Of a stretch of 64,000 nucleotides of DNA, positions 12,549 through 25,594 are shown one piece after another. Origin of the DNA: Octopus vulgaris (lineage: Eukaryota); assembly GCA_951406725.2 (NCBI GenBank), contig OX597839.1:23808001-23872000 (forward strand), read 5' to 3'. The translations under genes and the position numbers were made by a program. The notes beneath the pieces are model-generated. The model was not told where the DNA came from and did no database searches. It saw only the letters and a program-made list of their open reading frames with translations. Numbering within the stretch: the stretch's first letter is position 1; the number at the start of each line of letters is the position of its first letter.

Positions 12549-13626
12549 TATTGGATGAAATGCAAGAGAGAGAGAGAGGATGTGTGTGTGTGTGTGTCTG
12601 TGTGTGTGTGTCTGTGTCTGTGTGTGCACTGTACAAATCAAAAAGATTTAAATAACAAAACCATTATCCAGAATATTGAAAGATTTATCAAAAATCAGTT
12701 TATTTATTTAAAAAAAAAGGGAAAAAAGTGAACAAAGAATCAATTTTACAAATGAATTTGTCAACAAACGGAGGACCCTCTCCAGTAATAGAAAATGTAG
12801 GGTGATTAATTAACAACAGTGATAATTAACAACATTCGTGATGAAAGTGGTTTCATGAAACAGCAATAATAATAATAATAATAAAAATAATAATAATAAT
12901 AACAACAATAATAACAATAATAATAATGTGGCAGGCCGTGTAGTGGATCTCTCTGGCAAATCGCTTCAAAATGATTCCCTTCATTGGTTTTTCATGGAGA
13001 ACTTGTCATGCTTCATTAAAAAAAGGTAAACGCAACATACGCATATACACACATGCACATATATATATATATATGTGTGGTGGGGAGGGCTATGTGTGTG
13101 TTGTGTATGTGTGTGTGTATAATAAGTTCAATTCCTGTGTGTTGTGTTCTTGAGCAAGACACTTTATTTCATGTTGCTCCAGTTAACTCAGCTGTAGAAA
13201 TTAGTTGCGATGTCACTGGTCCCAAGCTGTATCGGCCCCTTTGTCTTTCCCTTGGATAACATCAGTGGCATGGAGGAGAGAGGTTGGTATGCATGGGTGG
13301 CTGATGGTCTTCCATGAACAACCTTGCCAGGACTTGTGCCTCGGAGGGTAACTTTCCTGGTGCAATCCCATGGTCATTCATGACCAAAGGGGGTCTTTAC
13401 CCTTTACCCTTTATTTAGATAACAGGGTTACGGCATAAATAGGAGAGGTTAGAAAGGTAAAAAAAGGGGATGAAACAAAATAAAATAAAACAAGACATGA
13501 TACAGACACACAAAACTATCGATACACCATTATATATTTATATGCATCTTGTCTCAATCATTAGGCTGTGGCCATGCTGGGGCACCATCTTGAAGGATTT
13601 TAGTTGAACAAACCAACCCCAAGACT

Positions 13627-13791
13627 TACTGTATTTCAATGTGTATAAGGAACCCATTTTTGTCAAAAATTAGGTAAAAAAATATGGGAGTCTCTTGTAC
13701 AAGGATAGTATTATAATCCCTTACAAAACCTTTTTTCCAAATTTTAAGCCACCAAAATTAGGAGGTTCCTTATACACATTAAAATACGGTA
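13627..13791. mobile_element. TA-flanked MITE (TcMar/pogo-type termini); second copy at 24759-24945
   Basis: TAC(T/C)GTATTT..ATGTGTATAAGGAACC at left and GGTTCCTTATACACATTAAAATACGGTA at right. Confidence 0.75.
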
Positions 13792-13998
13792 TTTATTTAT
13801 TTATTTTATTCCTGGTAACTTATTTGGCAAAAGAGACCAATAATAGTTCAGCAAAAGAAACTGATAGAATAAGAACCAATCTGGAAAAAAAACAGAAAAA
13901 TAAATCCTGGGGGTTGATTCATTCGACACAACACACACACACACACATACATATATATATACATACATATATATATGATGTGTATATATATATGTGTG

Positions 13999-14039
<41 letters not shown>

Positions 14040-14050
14040 TATATATTATA

Positions 14051-14094
<44 letters not shown>

Positions 14095-14198
14095 TATATA
14101 TAATGTGTGTATATATATATGATGTATATATAATGTGTGTATATATATATATGATGTATATATAATGTGTGTATATATATATAATGTGTGTATATATA

Positions 14199-14244
<46 letters not shown>

Positions 14245-15105
14245 ACACATATACATAAATGCATTAGATGCTGTCAAAATTATATGTCTACTTCCCCATA
14301 GATGGGAAGGTTGAAAGGGTCTTCTCTGGGGCCATGTATTGGAAGTTCCAAGTCCCTTTCAATACCTAACCACAAGAGATCTGCAGGGGAACACTTTATT
14401 TGCATTCTATGACAGAGATCTAATATCTGGAGTCAGACAGAGGGTGAGGTAAGTTATAAAGTATTTAGAGAAGGAAGCAGAAAGTAAACGAGCATGGCAG
14501 TGCCCCAGCATGGCCACAGTCAAATGACCGAAACGAGCAAAAGAATAAAGAATGTGGTGAAGGGGTAAAAAGGTAACAGAATGCAAAGAGGTGTTCCTCT
14601 GATGATCCGTTGTGGTCAGGGATCCATATGCACTTAGAACACCCAATGCTGGGTTCCAAATAACGACAATGGTGAAACACAAGGAATTAATAATGGGTGT
14701 GTGTGCGTGTATACATACATATATATAGATATGGATGTGTGCATATGCATGTATGTACAGGTATCAATTTCTCCAGTATGACATTGGTAGGAGCAGGACC
14801 TCAATGTAAAGCCTCCAAAATAACAGTGGTTGACCATTTATAAGCTGCCAGACATTTTGAAGAGTACCGACTGTCACTGTTTCCCATTCCTAGTGAATGT
14901 TTATGGCAAGAGGAATGGTCCACCAGAGATCGACTTGATGCCAAAAATTTTTTTAGAATAAATAAAAAAAAAAAGTCAGCAGCACAAGCTTTGAAACCGG
15001 AATGTAAGATTATCTGAGTTGAGCACTTTGCAAAAAGCAAATGTACAGAATTAACATTTCTGTCTTTTTTTTATCTCTCTTCAAACAACACACGCATGCA
15101 TGCAT

Positions 15106-15140
<35 letters not shown>

Positions 15141-15188
15141 TACACGTAGAAATAGTCACAGGTTCAAGGGAATCTACCGTGTTTTACA

Positions 15189-16025
15189 TTAACCCTTCAC
15201 CAATGAGATTACTCTGTCAAATGTAATTCTTACTTATTGACATTGCTTTGAATTAATCATGGATTATCTCACAGCTTGGAGATTTCAATGATGTGATTGT
15301 TTTACTTTTATATTGACATTGTAGGTTAAGTGTGAAAGGCCAGATCTGACCACCCAACACGGGGATGGTAAAATACTGAGGCCAGATGCAGCCAGGTCAA
15401 CCCTTTGGCATTCAGGTTATTCTGTCAAATGCAAAGCTCATTTATTTCCATTGTTTGGAATTAATCCTGGATTATCTCATAGCTTTGAGATCTCAATGAT
15501 ATGATTGTTTTACTTTCAGAATGGCATTGTAGGGCAGATGTGAAAGGCCAGATCTGGTCACTTTTACCATAAAACAAGTAAAATATTCAATGTACACATA
15601 TAATACTGAGGTATAAATCATTAATCTTGTATCTTTAGCCTTCAGATTACTCAGTCAAATGCAAAGCTCATCTATTCCCATTGTTCTGAATTAATCAGGG
15701 ATTATCTCATAGCTTTCAGATTTCAATGACATAATTATTTTACTTTTTAGAATGGCATTGTAGGATAGGTATGAGAGGCCAGCCAGATCTGAACACGGCC
15801 AAGTCTTCAGCATTCTGATTCCTCTACCAAATGTGAAGCTTAATTATTCAAACTGTCTCCAATTAATCATGGATTATCTCATACCTTTGAGGTTTCGATG
15901 ATGCGATTGTTTTACTTTTTAGAATGGCATTGTAGGGTAGGTGCAAGAGGCCAGATCTGAACACTCTGGACATAAAACAAGTAGAATATTTGAGCCGAAT
16001 ACGACCAGTTTAAATGCTAAAGGAA
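15189..16025 (+). repeat. About four tandem degenerate copies of the piggyBac-type MITE
   Basis: Roughly 200-bp units each carry TCTGTCAAATG...AATTAATCATGGATTATCTCATAGCTTTGAG...GGCCAGATCTG. The array starts TTAACCCTT and ends AAATGCTAAAGG. Confidence 0.75.
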
Positions 16026-16375
16026 TAAAAACATCAGCAGTCAATGAGAAAAATTTCAAAGGGTAATTAAATATAAAGGGAGGGGGTGGCGTTGAGCAGC
16101 AGGGGTCAAAAAGATCAGATTAGGTTCTGTGACCAAAATGTAAAGTTTATGATGTCTTTAGGAGATCAGAAAATTAAATTCTATTTTTGTGTTGCAGTCA
16201 CGTAAAACATAAAACAGTGTTTTGTTGCATATAAACAACCAGGAGAAAATTTCTTTAAAAAAAACGAGAATTGGAGGAGTTTATGTTTTTTGTTTGTTTT
16301 TTTTGATTGTTCTTTTTGTTGGGATATTTTTTTTTTTTGTTTGTTTATTTTCTTAAGCAATTTGACTCGGAGATG

Positions 16376-16480
16376 TTATGAAGATTCCTCCGTAATGTCA
16401 ACTGGGGAAATCAGAGTGAAATTCAGCACAGCTTTTTTACAGACTGGACACACGTAACGAGGATCAGCTAAAAAATTACT
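16376..16480 (-). CDS. PEX2: PEX2 last coding exon (SNFLADPRYVCPVCKKAVLNFTLISPVDITEESS*)
   Basis: Long T-rich tract plus CAG acceptor. Supplies the CPVC pair that completes the RING and ends in TAA. Spliced total is 302 aa. Confidence 0.92.
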   Translation of the reverse strand, partial: SNFLADPRYVCPVCKKAVLNFTLISPVDITEESS

Positions 16481-16556
16481 CTGCAAAGAGAAAAACAAAA
16501 AAAAAGAAAAGAAAAAAAAGATCAGTTATTAAAGAGTGGAAAAAAATATTAAAATA

Positions 16557-16958
16557 GGCGCAGGAGTGGCTGTGTGGTAAGTAGCTTGCTTACCAACCAC
16601 ATGGTTCTGGGTTCAGTCCCACTGCATGGCACCTTGGGCAAGTGTCTTCTACTATAGCCTTGGGCCGACCAATGCCTTGTGAGTGTATTTAGTAGACGGA
16701 AACTGAAAGAAGCCTGTTGTATATATATGTGTATGTGTGCGTGTATGTTTGTGTGTCTGTGTTTGTCCCCCTACCATTGCTTGACAACCGATGCTGGTGT
16801 GTTTACGTCCCCGTCACTTAGCGGTTCGGCAAAAGAGACCGATAGAATAAGTACTGGGCTTACAAAGAATAAGTCCCGGGGTCGATTTGCTCAACTAAAC
16901 GTGGTGCTCCAGCATGGCCACAGTGAAATGACTGAAACAAGTAAAAGAGTAAAGAGTA
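16557..16958 (+). mobile_element. SINE family A, full length
   Basis: GGCGCAGGAGTGGCTGTGTGG head (A box), B box, central microsatellite, GTAAAAGAGTAAAGA tail. Confidence 0.9.
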
Positions 16959-18652
16959 TAAAGTTTAATTAGTAAAGTATTTCATCATCCTCATCATCAT
17001 CTATTTTTCATGCAGGCATGGGTTGGATGGCTTGATTGGGGCCTGGAGAGCCAGCGGCTGCACCAGGCTCCATCACGTAAGCAAAACAGTGAGAATCTCT
17101 GATAAAGTAGACATTTAGCCTAAACACATTCCCGTATATTTGAGACAACTGTGCTGGTACGGCCATGTGATGCATATAGACAAGGACAGCCATGTAAAGA
17201 AGTACTGATCTTTAACCTGTGGAGGAAACCTGTGGATAAGGTAGACCCAGGAAGACGTGGGATGAGGTGGTGAAATGTGATCTTCAAATGTTGGGCCTTA
17301 CAACATAAATACTTAGCAGTATTTCATCTGCCATCAGGTTCTGAGTTCAAATTCCGCCAAGGTTGACTTTGCCCTTCATTCTTTCAAGGTCGATAAAATA
17401 AATACCAGTCAAGTACTGGGGTCATAGTAATCGACTTAACCCCTTTGTCTGTCCTTGTTTGTCCCCTCTATGTTTAGCCCCTTTGTGGGCAATAAAGAAA
17501 TAAGTGACCAAGACCTTTGGTGATATCGCCTGACTGGCCCTCTTGCCGGTGGCACATAAAAGCACCCACTACACTCTCGGAGTGGTTGGCGTTAGGAAGG
17601 GAATCCAGCTGTAGAAACTCTACCAGATCAGATAGGAGCCTGGCGCAGCCATCTGGTTCGCCAGACCTCAGTCAAATCGTCCAACCCATGCTAGCATGGA
17701 AAGCGGACATTAAAAGATGATGATGATGATTGCGCTTAAGAAGATTTGTCAAACCAAATGAAATTGTAGTCATGGCTAATGCTGGTGTCACATAACTGGC
17801 ACCTGTGCTGGTGGTACATAAAAAGCACCCTTCAAACGTTGGGCCTCACGGAAGTGATGACAAGTGACCGAGGCTACTGGTGACATGCCATGTTTGAGAA
17901 GACTCATCAAGCCAAGCGAAACATAGTCATGGTTGATGTTGGTGTCACGTAACAAGCACCCACGCTGGTGGCACATAAAAGCCACCCTTTGAACTTTGGG
18001 CCCCATGGAGGCGATGACAAGTGGCCAGTCTTAAAGTAATTTTTGTTCCAAATATTAATCTAATCCTCATCATCATCATCATTTAATCTCCTTTTATTTT
18101 CCAAACTGGCATGGGCTGGGCGGTTTGAGAAGTACAACAACCCAGAGGGCTCCACTAGGTTCTATTAGTGCTTTGGCATGATTTCCTGGACACCCTTCCT
18201 AACACCAACGACTTTGCTACAGAGTGTTATGGGTGCTTTTTATGTGGCACCAGCACCAATGATGTCCCCAAGTACCTGCAAGATAAGACGCTTTAACTAA
18301 GCTGGGTGTAGGCTGGAGGGAGAAGAATGTATGATAGAGGGAGAGCGAAGCAAGGGTCTTGCTGAAGAAGTGATACAAGACTTGCACACCTGGAAAGTGA
18401 GAAAAAGGCAGGCAAGCCATATCATTTCATTAAATATTTCATTATTTTCAAAATTAACTGAAATAATGGTTGTGTATTTCAATAGAGACATCATAACAAA
18501 AGGGTTAGCTGCAATTTAAGCATGCCCCTTAAGGTGCAGGGGTTCCACAAGCAACATAGCAACTTGCACAACTTTCAATGGAGAATAGCCATAAAATAGG
18601 GGAGATAACTGTGATTCGTCAATGTATTACAGCAGTGGTTCCCAACCTGGGG

Positions 18653-19020
18653 TCTGCGGACCCCTGGTGGTCCATAAAGGTAGTTCTGGAGGCCCGGGAA
18701 CTAAATTCAAAATTTCATACACACACACACACACATATATAAGTGACCTCACATATGCTTGTGCCACCAAAAAGCACTCAGTCCACTCTGCTGAGTGGTT
18801 GGTGTTAGGAAGGGCATCCAGCTGTAAAAATCCTGCCAAAACAGTCACAGAAGTCTGGTGCAGGATTTTGCCTGACTGGCTTTTGTGGTACTGTCCCACC
18901 CATGCTAGCATGGAGGGCAGACGTTAAATGATGATGATGATGATATATATACATCAGGATAAGCATATTAAAAGGGATCCGTGGGAAAACTCATTTGAAT
19001 AAAAAGGGTTAGGAACCGCT
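18653..19020. mobile_element. hAT/Charlie-like MITE with a nested (GAT)n-tailed repeat; related copy about 30451-30578
   Basis: CAGTGGTTCCCAACC at left and GGTTAGGAACCGCT at right. Confidence 0.6.
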
Positions 19021-19555
19021 TTTGAGAACAACCGCATTCCAGCCCTTTTGTTGCTTAGTTTCTGTCAAACTGTCTAACCCATGCCAGCATGGAAAAACGG
19101 ATGTTAACTGATGATGATGATGATGGCTGTCCCCTAAAGCCTAACACTCCCTTCGACATACCCAGGTGCCTCCTTGGGGATGGTACCACCCACACGGAGA
19201 ACCTCTGCTATATTGTTTACCATTGGTCTTTGAAAAAGGAGAGCAATCGGTCATCCTGTCAATAGCAGCCCCACTTCCCCCAAATTATGACAAATGAAAT
19301 ATCAATGTCCACACATTCGTGCATACATACACACTCCATTGCTTCAATGCTATATTGCAACAGTTCTTAACCATTTTTTTTTCTTGCAGCACCCTTTTAA
19401 TTAGTTGTTCTGCCCAGCACCCACCTAAGTGGTGAGTGAGGTGACATGACCTAAACTAACTTAAAATAGATAATAATTTAAAATTTTACAAAAAAAAAAG
19501 GGGGATTGTATAAGCTTTTAACATTGAAATGATAAAAGAATGACCAAAGTTCATA

Positions 19556-19726
19556 GGCGCAGGAGTGGCTGTGAGGTAAGTAGCTTGCTTACCAACCACA
19601 TGGTTCCGGGTTCAGTCCCACTGCGTTGCACCTTGGGCAAGTGTCTTCTGCTATAGCCCCGGGCCGACCAATGCCTTGTGAGTGGATTTGGTAGACGGAA
19701 ACTGAAAGAAGCCTGTCGTATATATG

Positions 19727-19781
<55 letters not shown>

Positions 19782-19990
19782 TTGTGTGTCTGTGTTTGTC
19801 CCCCTAGCATTGCTTGACAACCAAAGCTGGTGTGTTTACGTCCCCGTCACCTAGCGGTTCGGCAAAAAAAGACCGATAGAATAAGTACTGGGCTTACAAA
19901 GAATAAGTCCCGGGGTCGATTTGCTCGACTAAAGGCGGTGCTCCAGCATGGCCGCAGTCAAATGACTGAAACAAGTAAAAGAGTAAAGTA
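19556..19990 (+). mobile_element. SINE family A, full length, young
   Basis: Same structure as the 16557 copy. Confidence 0.9.
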
Positions 19991-20412
19991 AAAAGTTATA
20001 AATTTACTTTATACATTTGCAAGTTAATGGCTTCCTCGTACCTGACGAGATCTCATTTTGATTTTAATAACCATTGCTAGTTTTATCGTGCAGAATATAA
20101 TTACTATTATAGGTAAACTTTATTAGGCTAATTATGTTACCCCCACCCCTCTCCCTCACCAAATACCTAATCACTAAGGCACACCTCTTCAGATAGAACA
20201 ATGGTTCTTAACCTTTGTTTTTGTAGCAGCCCCTTGTTATGTAGCTGTTCTGCCTAGCGCCCACCAAAGTGGCGAGAAAGGTATCATGACCTAAACTGGC
20301 TTAGATGGTAATTTATAAATTTTACTCTGAAAATGGATTGTAGAAGCTTTTAACAGTGAAATGATAAAAACATTAATTAAGACATGTTGTAAATTTACTA
20401 GTTTATACATTG

Positions 20413-20711
20413 TTGTTCCTTCTCAAGCCATGCCTGGCTCATAAGGGCCGGTTTCCCGGTTTCCTTGGCGTATAGGTTCCCCACCTAGACGGACGCCGGT
20501 CCGTCGCAGGTGAGCTGCAAGATGCAGGAGGAAAGAGTGAGAGAAAGTTGTGGCAAAAGAGTCAGCAGAAGTTTCGCCATTATCTTCTGCCGGAGCCGCG
20601 TGGAGCTTAGGTGTTTTCGCTCATAAACACACATATCGCCCGGTCTGAGATTCGAACCCGCGATCCCTCGACCGCAAGTCCACTGTTCTAACCACTAGGC
20701 CACGTGCCTCC
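20413..20711 (-). mobile_element. SINE with a family-B-like head and a different 3' tail
   Basis: Minus strand TGGCCTAGTGG and GGTTCGAATC boxes plus the GAGCGAAAACACCTAA block. The tail ends GAGAAGGAACAACAA. Confidence 0.8.
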
Positions 20712-21384
20712 AGAGTTTATACATTGTGAGTTAATGACCATTACTAGTTTTATCATGTTGAATATAATTATTACTATAGGTAAAATTTAATATGCCAATT
20801 ATGTTACCACACTGTAGGAAGGTCATTGGTGTTAGGAAGGGCATCCAGCCATAGAAACCCTGCCAAAACAGACAGGGAGCCTGAACAGCCCTTTTGTTGC
20901 TTAGTTTCTGTCAAACTGTCTGACCCATGCCAGCATGGAAAAACGGATGTTAACTGATGATGATGATGATGGCTGTCCCCTAAAGCCTAACACTCCCTTC
21001 GACATACCCAGGTGCCTCCTTGGGGATGGTACCACCCACAGGGAGAACCTCTGCTACATTGTTTACCATTGGTCTTTGAAAAAGGAGAGCAATCGGTCGT
21101 CCTGTCAATAGCAACCCCACTTCCCCCAAATTATGACAAATGAAATATCAATGTCCACACATTCGTGCATAAATACACACTCCATTGTTTCAATGCCTTT
21201 TTCTTCAATGCTTTCTTCAGACAGATGAGTTTATTGGCACAGAGTTTCCTACAACCAGATGCTCTCCCAGTCGCCAACCCTCACTTGTTTTCAACTGAGC
21301 TAACAATTGTCCAGTCTGCTGAACAACTAACAACCAGGATAGGTTTTAAGCAAAGAAACAAACAATACACACACAAGCATTTAT

Positions 21385-21416
<32 letters not shown>

Positions 21417-21902
21417 CACCATGCAGAGTCCTAATCATATTTGTAGTCGTGGCTGATGCCAGTGCCGCCTGACTGGCACCCATGCCAGTGGCACATAAAA
21501 AGCACCCACTACACTCTCAGAGTGGTTAGCATTAGGAAGGGCATCCAGCTGTAGAAACTTTGCCAGATCAGCGTGGAGCCTGATGCGGCTTCCCAGCTTG
21601 CCAGTCCTCAGTCAAACCGTCAAACCCATGCCAGCATGGAAAGCGGACGTTAAACAACAACAATGAAATACACGAAGGGCTACTTTCAGTTTCTGTCTAG
21701 CAAAGCCACTCACGAGATTTCGGTCATCCTGAGGCTACAGTTAAAGACACTTGCCCAAGGTACCACACAGTGGAACTAAACTTGAAACCAAAAGATTAAA
21801 AACATAATGCAAAATAAAAACCAAAAAACAGTTTAAAATGTAAGCAAAGAACCGAGAATGGTTGGGATAGAAAATTCTTTGTAAAAAAACCAAAAACCTT
21901 AC

Positions 21903-22115
21903 CGAAATACAGTAGTAACAGAACACATGACTACAACCAATCTGATGTGGGTTGTGAGGAACGAGATCACATATGGCACAATTGGTCAATTCTGCCATTG
22001 TCCGAGAGTCTGGAGAACTGGGTTGAGCTGGCGGCGGCTGAGGCAGAAGGTAGTATGTTAGGATACTTTTCATGCGACGGAAATTCACTAAGGGTAGAAG
22101 GAAGAATAAAAACTC
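21903..22115 (-). CDS. PEX2: PEX2 coding exon 7 (EFLFFLLPLVN...CAICDLVPHNPHQIGCSHVFCYYCIS)
   Basis: CAG acceptor, TCG|GTAAGG donor, 213 nt. Contains EFLxFLLP and the first six ligands of a C3HC4 RING finger. Confidence 0.95.
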
Positions 22116-22953
22116 CTGAAAAGACAAAGAGAAAAGAGAGATGGATGGATGGATTCCAATGTTATAGGTTGGACAATTTGGGCCGTAGTTTTGGTAGTGG
22201 TTTATTATTTAATTCTCACTTGATGAAAACGTTCTTTCATAAAGGGACTAAAACAACAACATCATTGTCATCATTTAATGCCTGCTTTCCATTGAATCAG
22301 AGCTGATATTCTATGGCTGGGTGTCCTTCCTGACACCAATCCTCCCCTGTTTCCAAGCAAGGAATTGTTGCCCTGTGACCAGATATGTTCTTGAGGAAGA
22401 TTGGAAATGAATGACAATGCTTGTATGACAGTGGCACTCATTTACAACTACCATGACAAGGACACACTTACACACACAGACACATGACAGGCTTCTTTCA
22501 GTTTCCATCAACCAAATCCACTCACAAGACTTCAATTGATCTGAGGCTATAGTAGAAAACACTTGTCCAAAGTGTCACGTGGTGGGACTGAACCCAGAAT
22601 CATGTCACTGGGAAGCCTTGCACCTGCAAACATACATTCACATATACATCCAAACATACACATACATACATCATCATCATCACCACTTGACATTGCCTCT
22701 GTGAGACCCCACATTCAAAGATCATGCTTCACCACCTCATCCCATGTCTATGTGGGTCTAATTCTTCCACAGGTTCTCTCCACAGTTAGAGATCAGCACT
22801 TCTTCACACAGCTGACCTCATTCATACACACAACATGAGCAAACCAGTGCAGTCATCTCTCTTGCACACCAAATCTGATGTCTCTTATGCCCAGTTTTTC
22901 TCTCATGACGCTTACTTTGTCATACATGCACACTGATATTGTACATCCAGCAA

Positions 22954-22998
<45 letters not shown>

Positions 22999-23047
22999 GT
23001 ATATATATATATTATATATATATTCTCTCACACCATCTCCGATGAAG

Positions 23048-23087
<40 letters not shown>

Positions 23088-23728
23088 AAAATTCCTCATC
23101 ATTTAACATCCGTTGTCCATGCTGGCATGGTTTGGATGGTTTGACCAGAGCTGGCAAGCTGGAAAGCTGCACCAGGCTCCAATTGTCTGTTGTGGTATGG
23201 TTTCTATGGCTGAATGCTTTTCCTAATGCCAACCACTCCAAAAGTGTAATAGGTGTGTTTACATTCCACCGGCATGGGTACCACTTGTGTCACACCAGTG
23301 TCTCCCACGACTGCGATTTTGCTGGGCTCAATGGGTCTTCTTCTCAAGCATGACATAATGCCAAAGGTCTTGGTCATTGCCTCCATGAGGCCCAACACTC
23401 AAAAGGAACTAAGACATTTTGCCTCCATGAGGTGCAGCAATTCAAAGGAACTCAGCCACCTTGCCTCCATGAGGCCCAACACTCAAAAGGAACTCAGCCA
23501 TTTTGCCTCTGTGAGACCCAATGCTCAAATAAAAAAATATATGTGTGAAAATGGAGATGAGTACAAACATTCCCATGTGAGAAGCTTAAAATTTGTAGAG
23601 TGATCCCGGTTTACGTAAAACCATTGGTAGCCACAAATAAAGAATATTTATCCATCAGTGTGGTGTTGAATATTCATTCTTACCATTCGATATTAACATG
23701 TGTACATAGATATATATATCTGTACATA

Positions 23729-23788
<60 letters not shown>

Positions 23789-23793
<5 letters not shown>

Positions 23794-24049
23794 TAGGAAG
23801 AAATGGAGCTGAACAAAGATTTAACAAAATTCCTTTTTATTATTTTCTACATATGTTTCAAAGGCTGCAAAGTCCCTAATTCGGATTGAATAAGGAGTTC
23901 ATTTTGCAGCCTTCTCTTCAGGAAAATCCAGGAACTTAATTCTCCAACAAAATGCACAGCAAGCTTTTCGTATGTAGAAAATAATATGTAGAAAATAATA
24001 AAAAGGAATTTTGTTAAATCTTCGTTCAGCTCCATTTCTTCCTACACTA
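23789..24049. mobile_element. MITE-like element with about 65-bp inverted arms at the edge of a (TA)n tract
   Basis: TAGTGTAGGAAGAAATGGAGCTGAAC at left and GTTCAGCTCCATTTCTTCCTACACTA at right. Confidence 0.8.
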
Positions 24050-24207
24050 AATATATAAAACTTCAAATTTCCGCACTAAGGCATGGAGTTTAGGCCCCAT
24101 GGTCGTAACCTCAACCGTGCTTTTTCTGTTGTGATTTTTGCTACCCAGGTATCGGTTATCATTTGAATTATCCGTAATAAGATAATTCATTTATCTACTT
24201 CAATAAC

Positions 24208-24238
<31 letters not shown>

Positions 24239-24301
24239 ATATATGTGTGTGTGTATAGTGCATGTATGTGTAACACAATGAATGCGATTGTTAATACTCA
24301 C

Positions 24302-24349
24302 TGAGAATCCATGCCATAATATCTCTCGTGTTAAATAATCAAAGGAGAC
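24302..24349 (-). CDS. PEX2: PEX2 coding exon 6 (VSFDYLTREILWHGFS)
   Basis: CAG acceptor, TCA|GTGAGT donor, 48 nt. Matches the highly conserved FxYxxRE(L/I)LWHGF motif. Confidence 0.95.
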
Positions 24350-25214
24350 CTGGAGAGAAAGGAAAACACATCAAGAGTTACTCAAAGACATGGACAGACA
24401 TACATCAGGATTTCCTCAAACCAATAAACCATTCCGTTTTTGTTTTCTTCAAACATCTTGAATCTACAATCACATGATACCAAGTGTACTATACTTTTCG
24501 AAAAAGGTAAGGTGTAATTTGAGTGAAGTTTGGCTGCTATTTCTCACCAGTCATGTGCTGCACCAGATTAACCATTACACAAAATAAGGACATGGTTAAG
24601 GCATCAAGGGAAGGGGAGGAGGCACCACAGAAATGGTAAATGGTCTACAGCACAAAATCACTTGAAACTTGCTAAACTAAAACATTATTGTGCATGCCTT
24701 TCCAAATGTATAAAGGGTCACAAATTGCTCAGCTAAGCATTCATTTTCTCCGTTGAAGTACCCTATTTTAATGTGTATAAGGAACCCTTTTTTTGTCAGA
24801 AATTAGGTGAAAAAAATATGGGAGTTTCTTATACATGGATAGTATTACAATCTCTTACAAAACCTTTTCCCCAAATTTTAAGCCCCACAAAGAATTAGGG
24901 GGTTCCTTATATACAAGGGTTTCTTATACATGTTAAAATACGGTATATTAAAAATCCCATCAGAACACTTATGCAATGAGGCAGGCTGGATGCCTTATCT
25001 CTGCTAAGTATAGAAGCAGATGTGTTACACAAGATTAATCTTAAGGATCTGATCAAAGATTTTGCAATTTTTAAAAAAATAGGGGAAAACTTTTCAAATA
25101 TAAATAAAATAGAAATATACAAAAATAAACATTATTTTCCATTTTTCTGTTTCATTTTGAAAAATAAGAATTTATTTTATGGTTTATTATTGTTTATATT
25201 TCAAATTACACATA

Positions 25215-25594
25215 CAAGGGGATGCCAAAAAGTTCCTGGCTTTCCCTCTCTCTCTTTCGGAGAGGCACTGAGCAGCTATATGCACACATACACACACGGC
25301 AGTAATTTCCACCTACCGAATTCCATCACAAAGCTCCAGTCGGCTCGGGGCTATAGTGGAAGACACCTACCCAAAGTGCCATGCAGTGGGACTGAACCCG
25401 AAACCATGGGTAAAAGAAAACACAGGAGGGTCAGTTAATTATGGTTTTATTCAACACATTCCCCTCTCAGATTCACACACTTATTGCAGGGGTCATTCAG
25501 TTTCTCTAAGCCCTGGAAAAGAACTTGGAAGATTGAGCCACCAACCAGGCCTTTTGTGATACCTTTAAAGCCAGGAATTTTTCAGCACCCCTGC
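25215..25594. mobile_element. Mariner-type MITE with a nested SINE fragment (about 25244-25408)
   Basis: TA|CAAGGGGATGCCAAAAAGTTCCTGGCTTT at left and AAAGCCAGGAATTTTTCAGCACCCCT at right. Confidence 0.7.

Larger units (their letters stand above)
19040..21196 (+). repeat. 311-bp direct repeat pair (19040-19350 and 20886-21196)
   Basis: Colinear by eye with about 7 substitutions. Confidence 0.9.

Noticed and set aside
19040-21196. LTR retrotransposon or TRIM
   Set aside because: The direct repeats lack TG...CA ends, PBS, PPT and TSD, and start within another repeat.
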